Assembly (NCBI GenBank): GCA_029259345.1
Contig: JAPDIX010000038.1
Span: 1-61,239, forward strand
Length of the DNA: 61,239 nt
DNA from: Archaeoglobi archaeon
Lineage (GTDB): Archaea; Halobacteriota; Archaeoglobi; Archaeoglobales; Archaeoglobaceae
Reading direction: 5' to 3'
Positions 59,712 to 61,239 of this stretch are shown here, piece by piece; position 1 is the stretch's first letter, and every line of letters begins with the position of its first letter. Both the position numbers and the translations under genes were made by a program. The notes beneath the pieces are model-generated. The model did no database searches and was not told the DNA's origin. It saw nothing but the letters and a program-made list of their open reading frames with translations.

Positions 59712-60878
59712 TTAAAAGAAAGATTCAAGAGTTGTCTGCCTGAAAACATAATGCTGCCATCTCCGCCTATCGGTCTCTATTCTTGAAGCAGCTCTCTCAA
59801 ACGCTTCATTGAATGAGTTGAAAATTTCGGGTTTGGTGTTCAACGCTCTCCTTACACCCTCCTCAACCACCCAAACTCCCAGAGGGGCATAGTAGGTGGG
59901 CTTTATTTCTCTAAGAACGAGTATTGAAGCCTGCCTTTTTATCCTCCTTAGATGCTCTAATACCGGCAGGCGGGCGGCGTAATATCCTCCGCTAAGATTC
60001 GAATACGTATTCTTGGGTCTTATATCTTCACAGTCAGCGCCAATCCAGTCCTCTTTTGGACTCCAGAAAGATTTGCGCTGCCAGATTTCGATTAGCTGGA
60101 AAAAGTATCTTTCAGGTGATAGGATTATTTCGAAGTGGTTTCCGAAGTGTTCAAAGCTGAAAACCATTGTGCTGTCAATTACTTCAAAATCCGCTATTTC
60201 CCTCTTGATTTCCTCACCAAGAATGCTGTGTACAGCTGTAATACTCCATCTGGTGGGAACGAGCTTTCTACTCTGCCTCTCTCCAAGCATTCCAGCCGAG
60301 AAAATTTTCTGAAGGTAGTAGGTCGAGAAGCCGTGATTGTGGAGGAGCTTCAACGCCTCATGAGATTTCAGATTGTCATAGTAAACCTTCTCAACCTTTT
60401 CTGGAAGCTTCGGGTTTCCTGCAATTGTCAGTTTATCAACAATTGCCGAGTATCCCATTGGCTGCACAACATCATCAAACTCTGCCCTTTTTACGATTTT
60501 CCGTATCTCTGCCTCTATGTCAACGGGTTTTACCGAAGCCGTGAGTTCCTGAAGCTCCACGATCCGCCTGTTTTCCTCTCTGACATCTTCAACTCTCATT
60601 CTTGTCGAGGTTCTTAGCATTGAGGTTCTAAGCTCGATGACTTCTTCGATGCTCTTCCACAACCAAGGAGAGTCGGCGTAGACAGGGTCGGTGTTCAAGG
60701 CTACAAGTGGGCCAACATAAACCTTCGGATACCCAATTCTGCCAACAAATATGGAGGGAGGAGAGGGATCAACAATTTTGTTATCTATCTTTATGCTCCT
60801 GAGAAACTTGTATTTCTCAACAAGCGGACACTTGCTCCTCCCGCAGAGCAAATTTCCCTTGCATTCGGCACATTTCAC
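59712..60878 (-). CDS. nreA: Nre-family DNA repair protein with C-terminal PIP box
   Basis: CAECKG-x2-LCG-x3-CP, PPSIFVG-x2-GYPKV, LVPTRWSITAV, GGYYA, GVW-x-V; ends QTTLESFF. Confidence 0.92.
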   Translation of the reverse strand: MKCAECKGNLLCGRSKCPLVEKYKFLRSIKIDNKIVDPSPPSIFVGRIGYPKVYVGPLVALNTDPVYADSPWLWKSIEEVIELRTSMLRTSTRMRVEDVREENRRIVELQELTASVKPVDIEAEIRKIVKRAEFDDVVQPMGYSAIVDKLTIAGNPKLPEKVEKVYYDNLKSHEALKLLHNHGFSTYYLQKIFSAGMLGERQSRKLVPTRWSITAVHSILGEEIKREIADFEVIDSTMVFSFEHFGNHFEIILSPERYFFQLIEIWQRKSFWSPKEDWIGADCEDIRPKNTYSNLSGGYYAARLPVLEHLRRIKRQASILVLREIKPTYYAPLGVWVVEEGVRRALNTKPEIFNSFNEAFERAASRIETDRRRWQHYVFRQTTLESFF

Positions 60879-60916
60879 CAGTACTTATTTGAGTTCAAGA
60901 AATATAAATTTAAAAG

Positions 60917-61109
60917 TCACATCCCAAGCATTTTCTCTTCCCATTTCTTGAGATACGCTGAGCTCTGGCTAACGTCTGCGAAAATGCTCGCTGCTCTATC
61001 CACGTCTTCAACCTCCACCTTTCCTGAGTTCCTCATTCTGGCGAACTCAAAGGCTGGGGCAAGAAGTTGGACAGCATACCTGAGACTTGTTTTCTCTCCA
61101 ATATCTGTC
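60917..61109 (-). pseudogene. TIP49/RuvB-like AAA+ ATPase, C-terminal fragment cut off by an IS
   Basis: TDIGEKTSLRYAVQLLAPA...VEVEDV...FADVSQS-x2-YL matches the TIP49 C-terminus. The upstream DNA is transposase sequence. Confidence 0.8.
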
Positions 61110-61239
61110 TGCAGTTTCCTAAAATTATTTCCCGCCATCGAACCACCTCCAGCAGTAACCCAAAACTCTTTCAGGTGGGAGCTTTCTCAGAAAAGCCTGA
61201 CAGGGAGTCTCCAGCTCATCTAAATTGAGACTCATGTGA
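61110..61239 (-). mobile_element. 3' end of IS481-family (ISA0963-like) insertion sequence, continuing beyond the window
   Basis: Minus frame HMSLNLDELETPCQAFLRKLPPERVLGYCWRWFDGGK* is followed by a putative terminus ...TTTTAGGAAACTGCA. The exact end is uncertain by a few bases. Confidence 0.75.

Overview
Archaeal chromosomal segment from an Archaeoglobaceae member close to Archaeoglobus fulgidus (inferred from the proteins, TATA-type and often leaderless promoters, and rarity of CTAG). Most of it is housekeeping DNA: apgM, FGGY kinase, lipase, GINS-L44e-S27e, hel308, pgi, histone, rpl1-rplP0-rpl12, iorA, nadM, larB-carBA-purC-purE, psmB-fttA, hemL-hemC-cobA, trpB2, carS-pyrE and nreA, plus tRNA-Lys(CTT) and tRNA-Thr(CGT). 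Five features stand out. (1) An unannotated ~157-nt structured RNA gene (36641-36797) has its own TATA box and a canonical bulge-helix-bulge (BHB) splice motif closing a three-way junction, predicting a 133-nt circular RNA. (2) A 1.44-kb minimal integrative element at tRNA-Lys carries a split, now inactivated SSV1-type integrase with an RHH-like N-terminus; its left att site is fused into a truncated ilvD. (3) An AT-rich, CTAG-rich island after tRNA-Thr (UbiA/DPPR synthase, GT-C, PHP, GT87 pseudogene, flippase-like, DUF362) looks like a lipid-linked pentose glycosylation pathway. (4) An IS481/ISA0963-like element interrupts TIP49 at the right edge and has left a relic near rpl1. (5) There are several frameshifts, two perfect 24-25 bp tandem duplications, an L1-binding mRNA leader and a double TetR operator. 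All family calls come from motif recognition by eye; no searches were run.
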